Source: an uncultured virus (IMG/VR IMGVR_UViG_3300035670_009001) (Duplodnaviria; Heunggongvirae; Uroviricota; Caudoviricetes). From it: a stretch of 64,000 nt of DNA. Where the stretch lies: IMG/VR virus record IMGVR_UViG_3300035670_009001; one strand, 5' to 3'. This document shows, piece by piece, positions 9,050-18,705 of the stretch. The first letter of the stretch is position 1, and each line of letters begins with the position of its first letter. The notes beneath the pieces are model-generated. The model saw nothing but the letters and a program-made list of their open reading frames with translations, searched no databases and was not told where the DNA came from. Both the position numbers and the translations under genes were made by a program.

Positions 9050-9829
9050 TTAGTAATTTACAAGTTTCTCAGTCCCTTCAACCAAATTATCAATTGAGTT
9101 TATATAGAATGATAGGAAAGGCTTTGGGTTTGGTAAATCAACAAAATCGTATTGGTCTTTATCAATATCATAAACCCCATATCCATGCTTGGATACTTTT
9201 TCTCCAAAGTTTTGTTGGATAGTAGAACCAACCATATACGCTTTCTTACCACCAGGAATGTCAAACACTTGTCGTTTGTGAATATCCCCACAAAGTACTA
9301 AGTCGCATCCTTTGAATTTACTCACATCGAATCCATCTTCAAACTTATAACCAATGTCGGTGTATAACCCAGTAATTGGTCCGTGAAACAATCCAATGTT
9401 TTTATTCTTAGACTTCTGAATGTCAGGTTGAATGTTGTGTTCCATCAAAGAATAGACACACCAGTTAATGTTCTCATCTTCATACACCCCACGATTTTTA
9501 TAGTAAACTATGTTATCATTCTTCAATGAATCGATAATCGGAGTCAGAGCATCCAAACGAGTATTGTTGTTCTCAAGAAAGTCATGGTTACCAATAATTA
9601 CAATAGTCTTTGTAATTTTTGCACACTCAGTTAATATCCAAGCAACAAACTCCACCAGCTCTGGTGTCATCTGATTTTTGGAATGAACCAAATCTCCTGT
9701 GAAAACTATTCTATCAGGCTGTAATGTTCTCCATTCTTTCAACGCAGACTCAAGGATTCCACGATACAAATCATGGTCCTTGAATAGTCTTATGTGTAAG
9801 TCAGAAAAATGAACTAATCTATTAATCAT
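9050..9829 (-). CDS. Mre11/SbcD (T4 gp47-like) metallophosphoesterase nuclease
   Basis: SDLH, TGDLVH, GNHD, FHG, GDIH motifs; close to the Rad50 gene. Confidence 0.92.
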   Translation of the reverse strand: MINRLVHFSDLHIRLFKDHDLYRGILESALKEWRTLQPDRIVFTGDLVHSKNQMTPELVEFVAWILTECAKITKTIVIIGNHDFLENNNTRLDALTPIIDSLKNDNIVYYKNRGVYEDENINWCVYSLMEHNIQPDIQKSKNKNIGLFHGPITGLYTDIGYKFEDGFDVSKFKGCDLVLCGDIHKRQVFDIPGGKKAYMVGSTIQQNFGEKVSKHGYGVYDIDKDQYDFVDLPNPKPFLSFYINSIDNLVEGTEKLVNY

Positions 9830-10058
9830 TAATAATAACTTTCGGTTCTTCTTCGAAGGGATTGAACCCTTTGTTTATGTGTCCACAAGAATCACACTTG
9901 TAGATTGGAAATGGTACAGTTGTGTCTTCGGATGAACCAGTCATCAACTTTGGAACTAACTTCAGATAAGTAACTTCTCTGAAATAAACTCCACCACAAT
10001 TATCGCACTTGATGGTCGGTACGTCTCTTAAATTAATTTTAGGCTTTTCTAGCTCCAT
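9822..10058 (-). CDS. small zinc-ribbon protein
   Basis: CDNC...CDSCGH. Confidence 0.75.
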   Translation of the reverse strand: MELEKPKINLRDVPTIKCDNCGGVYFREVTYLKLVPKLMTGSSEDTTVPFPIYKCDSCGHINKGFNPFEEEPKVIIND

Positions 10059-10920
10059 ATTTTGTATTGTTTAATGTTTCTATAAATGATTCTACTTTTG
10101 TTTGTGCCTTCTTAATATAAGATAAATCTCCACCTTCATCAAGTTTAGACAAGTGTAACTCGAACTTGGTAAAATCAAGTTTACCGATTGTATTAACAAA
10201 TGAGTTAACGAAATCTCTACTCAATTTAGCCTCCCTAGTCTTGATAAAGTGAAATCTAAAGGTTGTAAAGATTTGAAATAACTTTTCAATATCCCACTCA
10301 CTTGCAATTAAATGACTCTCATGCGCATACTTATCTTTCACATCATATATCTTAATACTTTCGTTCAATCCTCCTTGAGCAAACTCAAGGTACAAAGCAA
10401 CTTTCCTATAGTTTTCATTCTTGGTTTCTGTCTTATCAATTAGGTACGCAAGAAATCCGTCTCGAGTATAGTTCTTGAAAATTGATTCGTTGTTTTTAGT
10501 TGTAGTACACCATTTTGTGTTCGCTCCATACTTCATGGAACCTTTATGGGTTTTGGGTTGGAGTAAAATAAACTCTTCAGTCTCAAGGATAACATTGATG
10601 TGGTCTTCCTTTACAAAATATTTTTCTTCTCTCGCTTGTTCCGCATTTTCAATAACATCAATTAACTTTTGATAATTACCATATTCTTTGGAATAAATGT
10701 CTTTGTTACTAATGTATGGTAGTAACTCATTAAACTTAATGACATGTTTAATGATGGTACCAGTCGTTCTGTAATGCCCACCGAGTTTCCTATCCTCCCA
10801 AGTCTTCAACATGAAATCTAAATACTTTTTTGTGGGTGTAGTATCCCCTTCAACAAATTTGGTGAAACTTGCCGTGGAAACCTCAGGATATTTCTTTTTC
10901 AAATCATCTACCTTTGACAT
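10039..10920 (-). CDS. hypothetical phage protein with a YG..TKWCTT motif (start probably ATG 10920 rather than GTG 10947)
   Basis: long ORF; the GTG at 10947 lies inside a promoter-like -7 element. Confidence 0.65.
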   Translation of the reverse strand: MSKVDDLKKKYPEVSTASFTKFVEGDTTPTKKYLDFMLKTWEDRKLGGHYRTTGTIIKHVIKFNELLPYISNKDIYSKEYGNYQKLIDVIENAEQAREEKYFVKEDHINVILETEEFILLQPKTHKGSMKYGANTKWCTTTKNNESIFKNYTRDGFLAYLIDKTETKNENYRKVALYLEFAQGGLNESIKIYDVKDKYAHESHLIASEWDIEKLFQIFTTFRFHFIKTREAKLSRDFVNSFVNTIGKLDFTKFELHLSKLDEGGDLSYIKKAQTKVESFIETLNNTKYGARKA

Positions 10921-10946
10921 ATCGACTTTACAATTAATGTTAGACA

Positions 10947-10977
10947 CAATACTACGAAAAATTTTTTACTTATCAAA
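10947..10977 (-). promoter_or_regulatory. Bacteroidota-type promoter variant (-7 TAGTATTG)
   Basis: caatacta at 10947-10954 and caaa at 10974-10977; 19 nt spacer. Confidence 0.55.
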
Positions 10978-11002
10978 AAAATAACCACCCTTCGGTGGTT
11001 AT
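10975..11002 (-). terminator. intrinsic terminator
   Basis: ataaccacc-cttc-ggtggttat hairpin followed on the - strand by a T-tract. Confidence 0.8.
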
Positions 11003-11844
11003 TTCTTTAGATACTTTTTCATATCCATTCCCATAATGATATCGATTACTTCTTGGGGAACTTTATATTCATCATACATCGAATCTTCTTTCAAATGGGA
11101 GATTACACATCCATACAACTTAAGATTTTCATATTTGGTTCCCTGTAACATTTTTACAAGCAATTTACCATAGAAAGGTAATTGAAGATAGTAGTGTCCT
11201 AATGCAGTATTTGGATACTTTTGGAATGGTTCATACATCCTATCAGTATATTTCGTTTCAACAAAGTTTTTTGATTTGTTGGTTTTCCAATCAGTTATCA
11301 CCAATCCGAACTCAGTTTTCTCTCGGTTAGGGATAATCCAAACTTTATCTGGTTGCCCAACATACCCTAATTCAGGATCTCCCAAAACCATTTCAGTATC
11401 AAGAAGAACCGCTCCTCTCTCTTCCATCAGTTTGATGTATTGTTCCCCCGCCTTAATCATCGCATCACCCTTAATAAGTTGGGATGGGTCACAAGTAAAA
11501 ATAGGTTGTCTTACTTCTTTGTAGTTTCCGTTTCTCTCGATGGTTTTTTTCTCCAATATAAAGTGAACACGAGACCCCATGTTCGTGGAATAGTCACCTG
11601 CGGCTGCCCACTCTTCTTTTAATCTCTCCGCCTCCTCAGGGTCTCCACCAGACTTCTTCAACGCCGCCTCATCGGTAGGAAACTCCCGATAGAACTTTTT
11701 TAGTATTTTGGATACTGAAGGGTAATCTTGTTTCCCTCCCATAGTGTAAATGTGATTGTCTTCTTCAAAGACCAATCCCAAACTTTTTTGTCTCTCAGCG
11801 ATGATTTCTCGAATCTCTGAGGTAACTGATTTCAAATCTATCAT
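10999..11844 (-). CDS. PD-(D/E)XK exonuclease (RecB/Cas4-like)
   Basis: H.Y....PSVS, G..VH, E.....GQPD...DWKT, Y.LQL.FY motifs. Confidence 0.85.
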   Translation of the reverse strand: MIDLKSVTSEIREIIAERQKSLGLVFEEDNHIYTMGGKQDYPSVSKILKKFYREFPTDEAALKKSGGDPEEAERLKEEWAAAGDYSTNMGSRVHFILEKKTIERNGNYKEVRQPIFTCDPSQLIKGDAMIKAGEQYIKLMEERGAVLLDTEMVLGDPELGYVGQPDKVWIIPNREKTEFGLVITDWKTNKSKNFVETKYTDRMYEPFQKYPNTALGHYYLQLPFYGKLLVKMLQGTKYENLKLYGCVISHLKEDSMYDEYKVPQEVIDIIMGMDMKKYLKK

Positions 11845-11845
11845 T

Positions 11846-12760
11846 CTATCTTATTTCGTAATAATACTCGTCAATTTGCCCACGTAGGTCACAAACGTCC
11901 TTATCGACCGGCAATTTAACTATTTTAATTTTATTATACAACCTTCCACCATTTAATTCATGATAGACTTTGAGTCCATCTTGAAACGCGTCACCATCAC
12001 AACATATGATGACGTTCCCATTGGCGTTGTTATAGATTGTTGTGAATATTAAATCACTCATCTTCTTCCCCAACATCACAATAGAGTTAGGTAGAAAGAA
12101 AGAGTCAAATACACCTTCACACATATACACATCCTTATCCCAATCTATCAAACTTTCGTTGAATATGATTTCGTCTTTCGGAACGGAAGGGTTTTTGTAC
12201 TTCATTTTCTTTGGTACCCAAGATCTGGCGGTAAAATAGTTCAACACTCCTTCCTTATTGAAGGAGGGTACAATAATTCTGTAGGCAAAGTCTCCACTCA
12301 CCGTATAACCTATCTTGAACCTCTCAATCATTTCATCAGTGATACCTCTTGTTTGGAGGTATCTGTATGCTTCCATGTGTGGAATGAATCTTGGGTTGGA
12401 ATCTTGAAAGGTGGTATAACCTTCAGGGAGTCTGAGTTTGGGTCGTTTGATATCCTCTTGCTTGAGTTCCTCAGGTTTAATTAAGTTGTAAACTTTTTTC
12501 TGACCTTTGGTCGCATACTGGTCAAATAGTTTTCCCAACGGTCCGTGAGTTCCGTGAGTCTCACCACAGGACCAACACTTATAAACGTGTTTACCATAGT
12601 TAATTTCCAAGTTGCCTTTACCATCACCACCATCCAAACCTTTTTCTTCAGCACAGACAGGACAGTCAAAAGATATTTGACCTTTTGATTCGTAGTGTTG
12701 GTGGAAGTCCCCCAAAAACTCCGTGAGTAATTCAACTAATACGTCAACCTCGTCTGTCAT
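11846..12760 (-). CDS. DNA primase (zinc finger + TOPRIM)
   Basis: CPVC...CWSCG, YL..RGI, KYKNP, EGVFDS, DGD, KDV. Confidence 0.9.
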   Translation of the reverse strand: MTDEVDVLVELLTEFLGDFHQHYESKGQISFDCPVCAEEKGLDGGDGKGNLEINYGKHVYKCWSCGETHGTHGPLGKLFDQYATKGQKKVYNLIKPEELKQEDIKRPKLRLPEGYTTFQDSNPRFIPHMEAYRYLQTRGITDEMIERFKIGYTVSGDFAYRIIVPSFNKEGVLNYFTARSWVPKKMKYKNPSVPKDEIIFNESLIDWDKDVYMCEGVFDSFFLPNSIVMLGKKMSDLIFTTIYNNANGNVIICCDGDAFQDGLKVYHELNGGRLYNKIKIVKLPVDKDVCDLRGQIDEYYYEIR

Positions 12761-12764
12761 TATA

Positions 12765-12772
12765 CAAATATA
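12765..12772 (-). promoter_or_regulatory. -7 element TATATTTG 4 nt upstream of the primase ATG
   Basis: caaatata; no clear -33 TTTG. Confidence 0.5.
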
Positions 12773-12777
12773 ATCAA

Positions 12778-12945
12778 TTATTCCTCATTATCATCAGGAT
12801 AGGGATTCAATCCGACAATGTTTTTCCTCCACCACTTCATAACAGGGTGAGTTTCATCAAGATACCTCTCAATAAAATAATAAGCAATCGTGAATACGGT
12901 TGTTATAGTCAAACAAACGAAATAAAATAGAATCAACCAATCCAT
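12778..12945 (-). CDS. small membrane protein, 55 aa (MDWLILFYFVCLTITTVFTIAYYFIERYLDETHPVMKWWRKNIVGLNPYPDDNEE), not in the ORF track
   Basis: translated by hand; fills the gap and overlaps the stop of 12933..13298; one transmembrane segment. Confidence 0.65.
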   Translation of the reverse strand: MDWLILFYFVCLTITTVFTIAYYFIERYLDETHPVMKWWRKNIVGLNPYPDDNEE

Positions 12946-13298
12946 TTTACAGTTTTTATATCTGCGGCGTAGTTTAATTGAACACTAAAAATCGACAGGT
13001 GTGACTGTAAGTGACTGATAAAGAATTTTCGTAAAACTCTGTTGAGTTTTACTTTGGAAATATTTTTCATGTCTTTGGTAATCCTTTGATGGTCGAGCCA
13101 CATTAGACCACCTCCGTATCTAACATGAATTTTACCCACAAAAGTAATATCAACTTCTTCTTGATAGTCATACTGACGATAGTGAGTAATCTGAATGGTG
13201 CCTTCGATATTATCATCCTTGATATTCAAAGTTCCGTACTTTTTGACAACTCGTCTGAGCGCCTTTGCTTCGGGGGTTTTTGTCACGTATCCTTTCAT
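12933..13298 (-). CDS. hypothetical protein
   Basis: 121 aa ORF preceded by a promoter-like motif. Confidence 0.6.
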   Translation of the reverse strand: MKGYVTKTPEAKALRRVVKKYGTLNIKDDNIEGTIQITHYRQYDYQEEVDITFVGKIHVRYGGGLMWLDHQRITKDMKNISKVKLNRVLRKFFISHLQSHLSIFSVQLNYAADIKTVKWIG

Positions 13299-13302
13299 AA
13301 AG

Positions 13303-13334
13303 CTAAGATACTATAAAAAAATTAACCTACCAAA
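13303..13334 (-). promoter_or_regulatory. Bacteroidota-type promoter variant (-7 TATCTTAG)
   Basis: ctaagata at 13303-13310 and caaa at 13331-13334; ATG 4 nt downstream. Confidence 0.55.
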
Positions 13335-13929
13335 TTTCTTTCATCTTCATATAACCAAGTGCAGCGCAATATGCATCCGTTTGGTCATAATTTTCTTTTT
13401 TGAGAGTATTGTTCTTTGTGTATTGCCAAGTAATTTGTGGTTCCCTCTTTGCAACTAAATCCCAAATAACTACTTTCTTGTCAATATCTTTTGGCATCCC
13501 ACCGAATAAAACATATTTGTCTTTATCGTTTGGTTGAACTAAATGAGGGAATGCGAATTTTCGTGAGTTGTACGTTGAAATAAATTCAGGAACCACCCCC
13601 AATACGTCATAAACTTCTTTACATATTAATGTATTGAATCTCATCAAAGTACTAACCGTATAAACGTTATTTGAGTTTAACAAAGGCTCTTCAATGACAA
13701 CGTACTGAATACCAAGTTCTTTGTAGGATAATAATTTTTCTCTGAAGATTTGTGCCTTAAGTAGCAATTCTTCAATCTTATTTTCTACCTTTGGTTTTGG
13801 AACTGGTGAAATGTGAGTTAATTCTAATAAATTTCCAGTACCGATGTCGAATAAAGACCATCCTATCGTTTTGGTCGACACATCAAGCCCAAGTACTTTG
13901 GGCGAATCTTTCCTAATGTTTTTTGACAT
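13327..13929 (-). CDS. RuvC-like Holliday junction resolvase (RNase H fold)
   Basis: VLGLDVSTKTIGW, VVIEEP, D..DAY acidic motifs. Confidence 0.8.
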   Translation of the reverse strand: MSKNIRKDSPKVLGLDVSTKTIGWSLFDIGTGNLLELTHISPVPKPKVENKIEELLLKAQIFREKLLSYKELGIQYVVIEEPLLNSNNVYTVSTLMRFNTLICKEVYDVLGVVPEFISTYNSRKFAFPHLVQPNDKDKYVLFGGMPKDIDKKVVIWDLVAKREPQITWQYTKNNTLKKENYDQTDAYCAALGYMKMKEIW

Positions 13930-13931
13930 AA

Positions 13932-16118
13932 TTAAAAATCTAACTTCACTACAAATTGTTGTATACCCTGTCGTAATTCGGGAGATTGTAGCTTAGATAT
14001 AACAATAAGATCTTTATTCTGATCGTAAAGTCCTATTTCAGTAATATATGATTTTGTCCCTTGTTTCCATGTAGGGTTGGAAGTATTTGTAAATTGATTT
14101 CTATTCAAGTTTATCAAATATTTCATTTCATAAATGGTCGCTGAAATGTCAGTCTCAAAGTTTCCATAGAAATAATACTCATCACCAAAGTTCAGCAAAT
14201 CAGGCTCTCCGTTTAATGGAATTTCTAAATAATTTTGTAGTTGGTATGCCGCCGCGTTATTATAATCATCAGGCCCTATTTGGAATGTTGTTCCTGTCAA
14301 AGATGTTTGAGTAATGTATCCATTGGATAACGTCATCGCAGAGGTTACGTCAATCTGTCTCCAAGCAGTTGGTGAAGGTCTTGTATCACCTGTTACCATT
14401 TGGCAAATAATCTTCATGGAGGTGGCGGTGTATCCTGTAAATTCATTAACTCCTAAGAATCCAAACTCCCCACCAAATCTTACCGCGACGTTTTGAGTGT
14501 TTGCTGTAACCGAACTCGTTGGTTGTACAACAGAATAATAGTTACAGTGAAGGGAACTTGTAACGCCAGTTTGTGATTCAAACAAATAGCTCACCCAAAA
14601 TCTTTGTTCCGGATTTGTCATTAGTCCAGTTGAATTATTACCAGTATCGCAAATATTTGGAGTTAATAAACTTAACTTAGGCGCGGGTAACGTAAAGTTT
14701 CTATTCGACTTGTACGATAGTGCCGCAATTACTTCTTCATCATCAACCACAATAATTTCTTGGTCAGGGAATACTTTACCAATTCTATTCAAATTACCAT
14801 TACTGTCCGCATTGGTGTCCCATAAATGATAGTATCTAATACCTGGATCATTCATGTCGGTATTTTTAGTTGACTTAATGTAAAATGGTTTGCACAAGTC
14901 ATACCCTGGAGGGTCGATAAAGAAAGTTTGTCCGATGGTAGTTCCTGTTGATTTATGCCACATCAATGTTGGCATGTTCAATTTGAAATGTCTCGCTAAT
15001 CCGATGTCATCTGTTGGATTCTGAGGGTCGAATGGTTGTGTCGCAAATTTTTCACCATAAACATGGTCGATATCTTGGTTGGTATAATGAATAATCGCAA
15101 TAGCTTTTTGGTCCTGAGGTTTTACCACAATTTTTTCGTCGAACGAATTATAATAGAATACTTCACTTGTGTCAGTTTGTCCTGATGGTTCGTTGTATCC
15201 TAAATATTCTTTAGTACCTATATATGATACTGACCCGAACTTAGTATAATCTTCGTATGTACTACTGAATAGACCTGCCGGGCTTTCTGTCCAAGGAATA
15301 TTCATATTCCAAATAAGAGTGTTCTCTCGATTACTAACATCACAAGGGGACTCGAAATTGATGGTGTCTGTTTGCCAGTACGGTGCTGGTGTAACAAAAT
15401 CATACAACTCTGTCATTCCTGATGGATAAACATATAGTCTTGCAAAATTAGTTTGTATAGGTAAGTTGTCGAACGTAGGTAATGCTCGGTCTAATGTTAA
15501 GGTGAATGTACTTCCAGTCGTTCCCGTAACAGGACTCATATTTTGAATCTTATAAGTTAGAATTTGATTCGTAGTAAAATCTCCGCATCCACCATTTCCG
15601 TCATAAACTATGGTAACAAAATCATTGATAGATGGTGTCCCTGATGTCAAACAACTTGTTGGTGAACTATCGAACTCAATTTCCATTGAAGTTTGTCCCG
15701 ATAAAGTTGACATGTCGACCCAATAACTTGTAGTCATTGTGTAAGCAGTACTTGTCTGTATTTGAGTAGTACCAGTCGTGAAGAATCCTTTGGCCCCCGC
15801 AGAATTATAAACCTGCGTAAAGTTACTATCCATAAAAGGTATTCCATAAGTATTACCAACAGAACCTTGTACATAGTATGGATACTTTATATTTTGTTTG
15901 TTTGATTGTGGTGAACCTGTATCATTTTGAGCGTTAAACGCTGGCATCAAAATATTATTATTAGTCTGATTATAGTTCGGTACTGCGGTATAAGTCACTT
16001 CACTATCTCCGATTTGAAAATAGGAAATATTGAAGTTCCCTTGAGAAAGGTTTCTACGTCCAACATCAGTAAGTCGGGTGTTAATAAGTCCTGCAGTATT
16101 TTTAATAATATAAGCCAT
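13932..16118 (-). CDS. probable virion structural protein (tail/baseplate-associated)
   Basis: N-terminal LTDVGR....G.F.I.YF..GD and C-terminal YITEIGLYD...LI.ISKL..P resemble phage tail-collar/baseplate modules. Confidence 0.6.
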   Translation of the reverse strand: MAYIIKNTAGLINTRLTDVGRRNLSQGNFNISYFQIGDSEVTYTAVPNYNQTNNNILMPAFNAQNDTGSPQSNKQNIKYPYYVQGSVGNTYGIPFMDSNFTQVYNSAGAKGFFTTGTTQIQTSTAYTMTTSYWVDMSTLSGQTSMEIEFDSSPTSCLTSGTPSINDFVTIVYDGNGGCGDFTTNQILTYKIQNMSPVTGTTGSTFTLTLDRALPTFDNLPIQTNFARLYVYPSGMTELYDFVTPAPYWQTDTINFESPCDVSNRENTLIWNMNIPWTESPAGLFSSTYEDYTKFGSVSYIGTKEYLGYNEPSGQTDTSEVFYYNSFDEKIVVKPQDQKAIAIIHYTNQDIDHVYGEKFATQPFDPQNPTDDIGLARHFKLNMPTLMWHKSTGTTIGQTFFIDPPGYDLCKPFYIKSTKNTDMNDPGIRYYHLWDTNADSNGNLNRIGKVFPDQEIIVVDDEEVIAALSYKSNRNFTLPAPKLSLLTPNICDTGNNSTGLMTNPEQRFWVSYLFESQTGVTSSLHCNYYSVVQPTSSVTANTQNVAVRFGGEFGFLGVNEFTGYTATSMKIICQMVTGDTRPSPTAWRQIDVTSAMTLSNGYITQTSLTGTTFQIGPDDYNNAAAYQLQNYLEIPLNGEPDLLNFGDEYYFYGNFETDISATIYEMKYLINLNRNQFTNTSNPTWKQGTKSYITEIGLYDQNKDLIVISKLQSPELRQGIQQFVVKLDF

Positions 16119-16122
16119 TGTC

Positions 16123-16130
16123 TATAAATA
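16123..16130 (-). promoter_or_regulatory. TATTTATA motif (putative late promoter)
   Basis: 4 nt upstream of the ATG of the structural gene. Confidence 0.45.
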
Positions 16131-16144
16131 GTTGTTCTGTTTTT

Positions 16145-18643
16145 TTATACTATGGGTCCGAAGTCACAATTTACCACAACGGTGATACAAGTGACATTAG
16201 TTGGGTTATTTGCATCTCTCAAACCAAAATAAACCGTACCATTCGGTACGTAGAGATAATCTTTAGAGGTTCCATTAATAAAATTAAACGCTCCGTTTAA
16301 TGCTTCATTACAAGTTAAATAATAAGTGTCCGTCATGTCATACTGACCTGAACCACCGGCAATACCTGTAATAAATACAGAGTTAATGCCTCCGAACCCA
16401 CAAAGTACATTAGATGTCGCAACCAATGGTTTGGATGGTACATTACCTGTTGAACTAAAGTTCACACTATTACTATTAATAGTATTTGATGTTGTGTCAG
16501 AAATCACCGCACAACATCTACATCCATTAATACTTGCTTGAGTAAACTGAGCATTTATTTGTTGTTGAAGATTAGTTATACAGTTACTTTGATATCCAGT
16601 TTGTCCACTTGTAATTGACAATACAGATGTACTGGTTATTAGTACTGGAGAATTCTGTCCAATTTGTAGTTGGTAAGTATCCGCTTCGGTTACCGCAGTG
16701 AATGTTTCAGGACTACAATTTGGCCTTCCACCAGTTTGAACTATTGTCTGAGTCGTTGTTGGAGTTTTGGTAACACCATTCTCAGTTATAGAGAACGTAT
16801 CAGTAATTAGTCCTGTACCAGGCCCATTATAAGTTTTTATTGACGATATTGTTAAATTAAATGGTATTGTAATTCCTGGAGGTAATGGCGGAGTACTTAC
16901 AACTTGATAATATGTCGTGCGAGAATTGTAATTACTCAAAGAAATAGTTTGAGTGGCTAAAGTATTAGCACTCAAGGATAATTGATAAGTCACAGGTTGT
17001 TCGTCAAATGCAACTGTAATAGTTTCAATATCAGTATTTCCAGCAGAGTCTCTCACAGTAATCGTATATGTTCCGGCGCACAAGTCTTCAAAAACATTTG
17101 TCGATTGATAAGTAGAACCTCCATTAATTGAGTATAGATAAGGAGGATATCCATATTGAGAGTTAACTGTTATATCACCATCACAATTAGCGGTACTATC
17201 ACATGAGTTATTGTTCACCGACAAACTCACTTGCAGTGGAATTACAGGAGGGCAAACACCTTGAGTCATGGTTACACTATACATATTTACTCCACCTGCG
17301 ATAATCCATCCTGAAAGTGGAACTGAAGCTGAAGATGTGCTAATGAATATCCCTCCTCCAATAGGATTAAACGGTATCGTCGGATTAGATCCAGTAATTT
17401 CCCATCTTCCGATTGTAGAGTTCCAAACAATATTGTATTGTCCATCTACAGTTGTCCAAGTTGTTCTACCGTTTCTTAATCCATTACAGTTAAATTGTAG
17501 TGGACCATAAGCGGTTGAAGTTCCAATCGCAATCAAGCACAATTGAGGACAAACACCTGATGGAGTAACTGTCGGAGTTGCAGTTGGACTCGGAGTAATA
17601 GTTTGTGTCGGAGGGAATAGACTACAAACAGTAGTTGCAGTGTAATCTCCGTAGTAGTCAACAACGGTAACTTGATAATTCCCTTGAGGTATCCCTACCA
17701 AAGTTTGCGTTCTTTGTCCTCCATCCCAAAAAATAGAATAAGGACTTGTCCCTCCAGTGATCTTCAAAGATAAAATACCGTCCAAAGAGGTAGAGGAACT
17801 TGGAACTGATACTGGAAAACAACTTACTCCCATATCAAACAGAGTAAATACATCACAATTATTTCGTAATGAAAAAACTTGACTGTTAGTTGGTGTTTGG
17901 GTTGGAGTTCTAGTGACAACGGGGGTCGATGAACTAGTCGGGGTTATAGTGGGAGTAATGGTGTTCGTAGGAGTCGTGGTAGGTGTTTGAGTTGGGGTTG
18001 GTGTTGGGCAACTTACCGAAGAAGTCACATTCAACTTTACGACTCCATTAGATGGCTTAGTATAATCCATTGTGATGGACAATCCACTTTCAGTCCCTTG
18101 TTGGAATACTCCGCAACAATCCGTATAAAAATATGTACTACCTGGATTTACGGATGTGAATGCTTGCCCACAGAGAATTGGAGTTTGTGATGGTGTGGCA
18201 TTCGGAGTTCGAGTTTGGGTAGGTGTTGCGGTTGGTGAGGATGTGATAGTTGGAGTAGGCCTCGGGGTTCGAGTTGGTGTAACAGATGGGGTTTGAGTTG
18301 GAGTATTTGACGGAGTTTGTGTTGGAGTTGAAGAGGGTTCAGGTGAAACTGCCGGATAACAATCAGAATTTTCAGTACAAGGATTTTCAGTATCTATTGT
18401 TATAATACCTTCGGGTAAAAATATATCACCAAAAAAACCATATTTGAAATTTGGAGTGTTTCCCAAGAAAGAACATACATAAAATACTAAAGACCCGCCA
18501 GATACTATACTAGGCAGTATTCCTGTATTAGCATTTTGTTCATTACCATTACAATCGGTATAAACAATATATAGTTGTTCTCCTCCACTCGTTAATAACT
18601 CGAAGGGTACTTCAATATAGACACAGGTACAGGGTGATGACAT
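16145..18643 (-). CDS. Thr/Pro-rich, Cys-rich probable virion fibre/decoration protein with SprB-like beta repeats
   Basis: TPTQTP tracts; ITGGTSPYSIFW..G.Y.VTV.D and GYPPYLYSINGG..L.AGTY.ITVRD repeats; no signal peptide. Confidence 0.65.
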   Translation of the reverse strand: MSSPCTCVYIEVPFELLTSGGEQLYIVYTDCNGNEQNANTGILPSIVSGGSLVFYVCSFLGNTPNFKYGFFGDIFLPEGIITIDTENPCTENSDCYPAVSPEPSSTPTQTPSNTPTQTPSVTPTRTPRPTPTITSSPTATPTQTRTPNATPSQTPILCGQAFTSVNPGSTYFYTDCCGVFQQGTESGLSITMDYTKPSNGVVKLNVTSSVSCPTPTPTQTPTTTPTNTITPTITPTSSSTPVVTRTPTQTPTNSQVFSLRNNCDVFTLFDMGVSCFPVSVPSSSTSLDGILSLKITGGTSPYSIFWDGGQRTQTLVGIPQGNYQVTVVDYYGDYTATTVCSLFPPTQTITPSPTATPTVTPSGVCPQLCLIAIGTSTAYGPLQFNCNGLRNGRTTWTTVDGQYNIVWNSTIGRWEITGSNPTIPFNPIGGGIFISTSSASVPLSGWIIAGGVNMYSVTMTQGVCPPVIPLQVSLSVNNNSCDSTANCDGDITVNSQYGYPPYLYSINGGSTYQSTNVFEDLCAGTYTITVRDSAGNTDIETITVAFDEQPVTYQLSLSANTLATQTISLSNYNSRTTYYQVVSTPPLPPGITIPFNLTISSIKTYNGPGTGLITDTFSITENGVTKTPTTTQTIVQTGGRPNCSPETFTAVTEADTYQLQIGQNSPVLITSTSVLSITSGQTGYQSNCITNLQQQINAQFTQASINGCRCCAVISDTTSNTINSNSVNFSSTGNVPSKPLVATSNVLCGFGGINSVFITGIAGGSGQYDMTDTYYLTCNEALNGAFNFINGTSKDYLYVPNGTVYFGLRDANNPTNVTCITVVVNCDFGPIV

Positions 18644-18705
18644 CTTTAATTTTAGTATATCTTATAATTATAACAATCGAGAATATTTTGTATATATATT
18701 TGAAT

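Noticed and set aside
16123..16130. T4-type late promoter TATAAATA on the + strand
   Set aside because: No + strand gene follows; the motif fits better as TATTTATA just upstream of the - strand start
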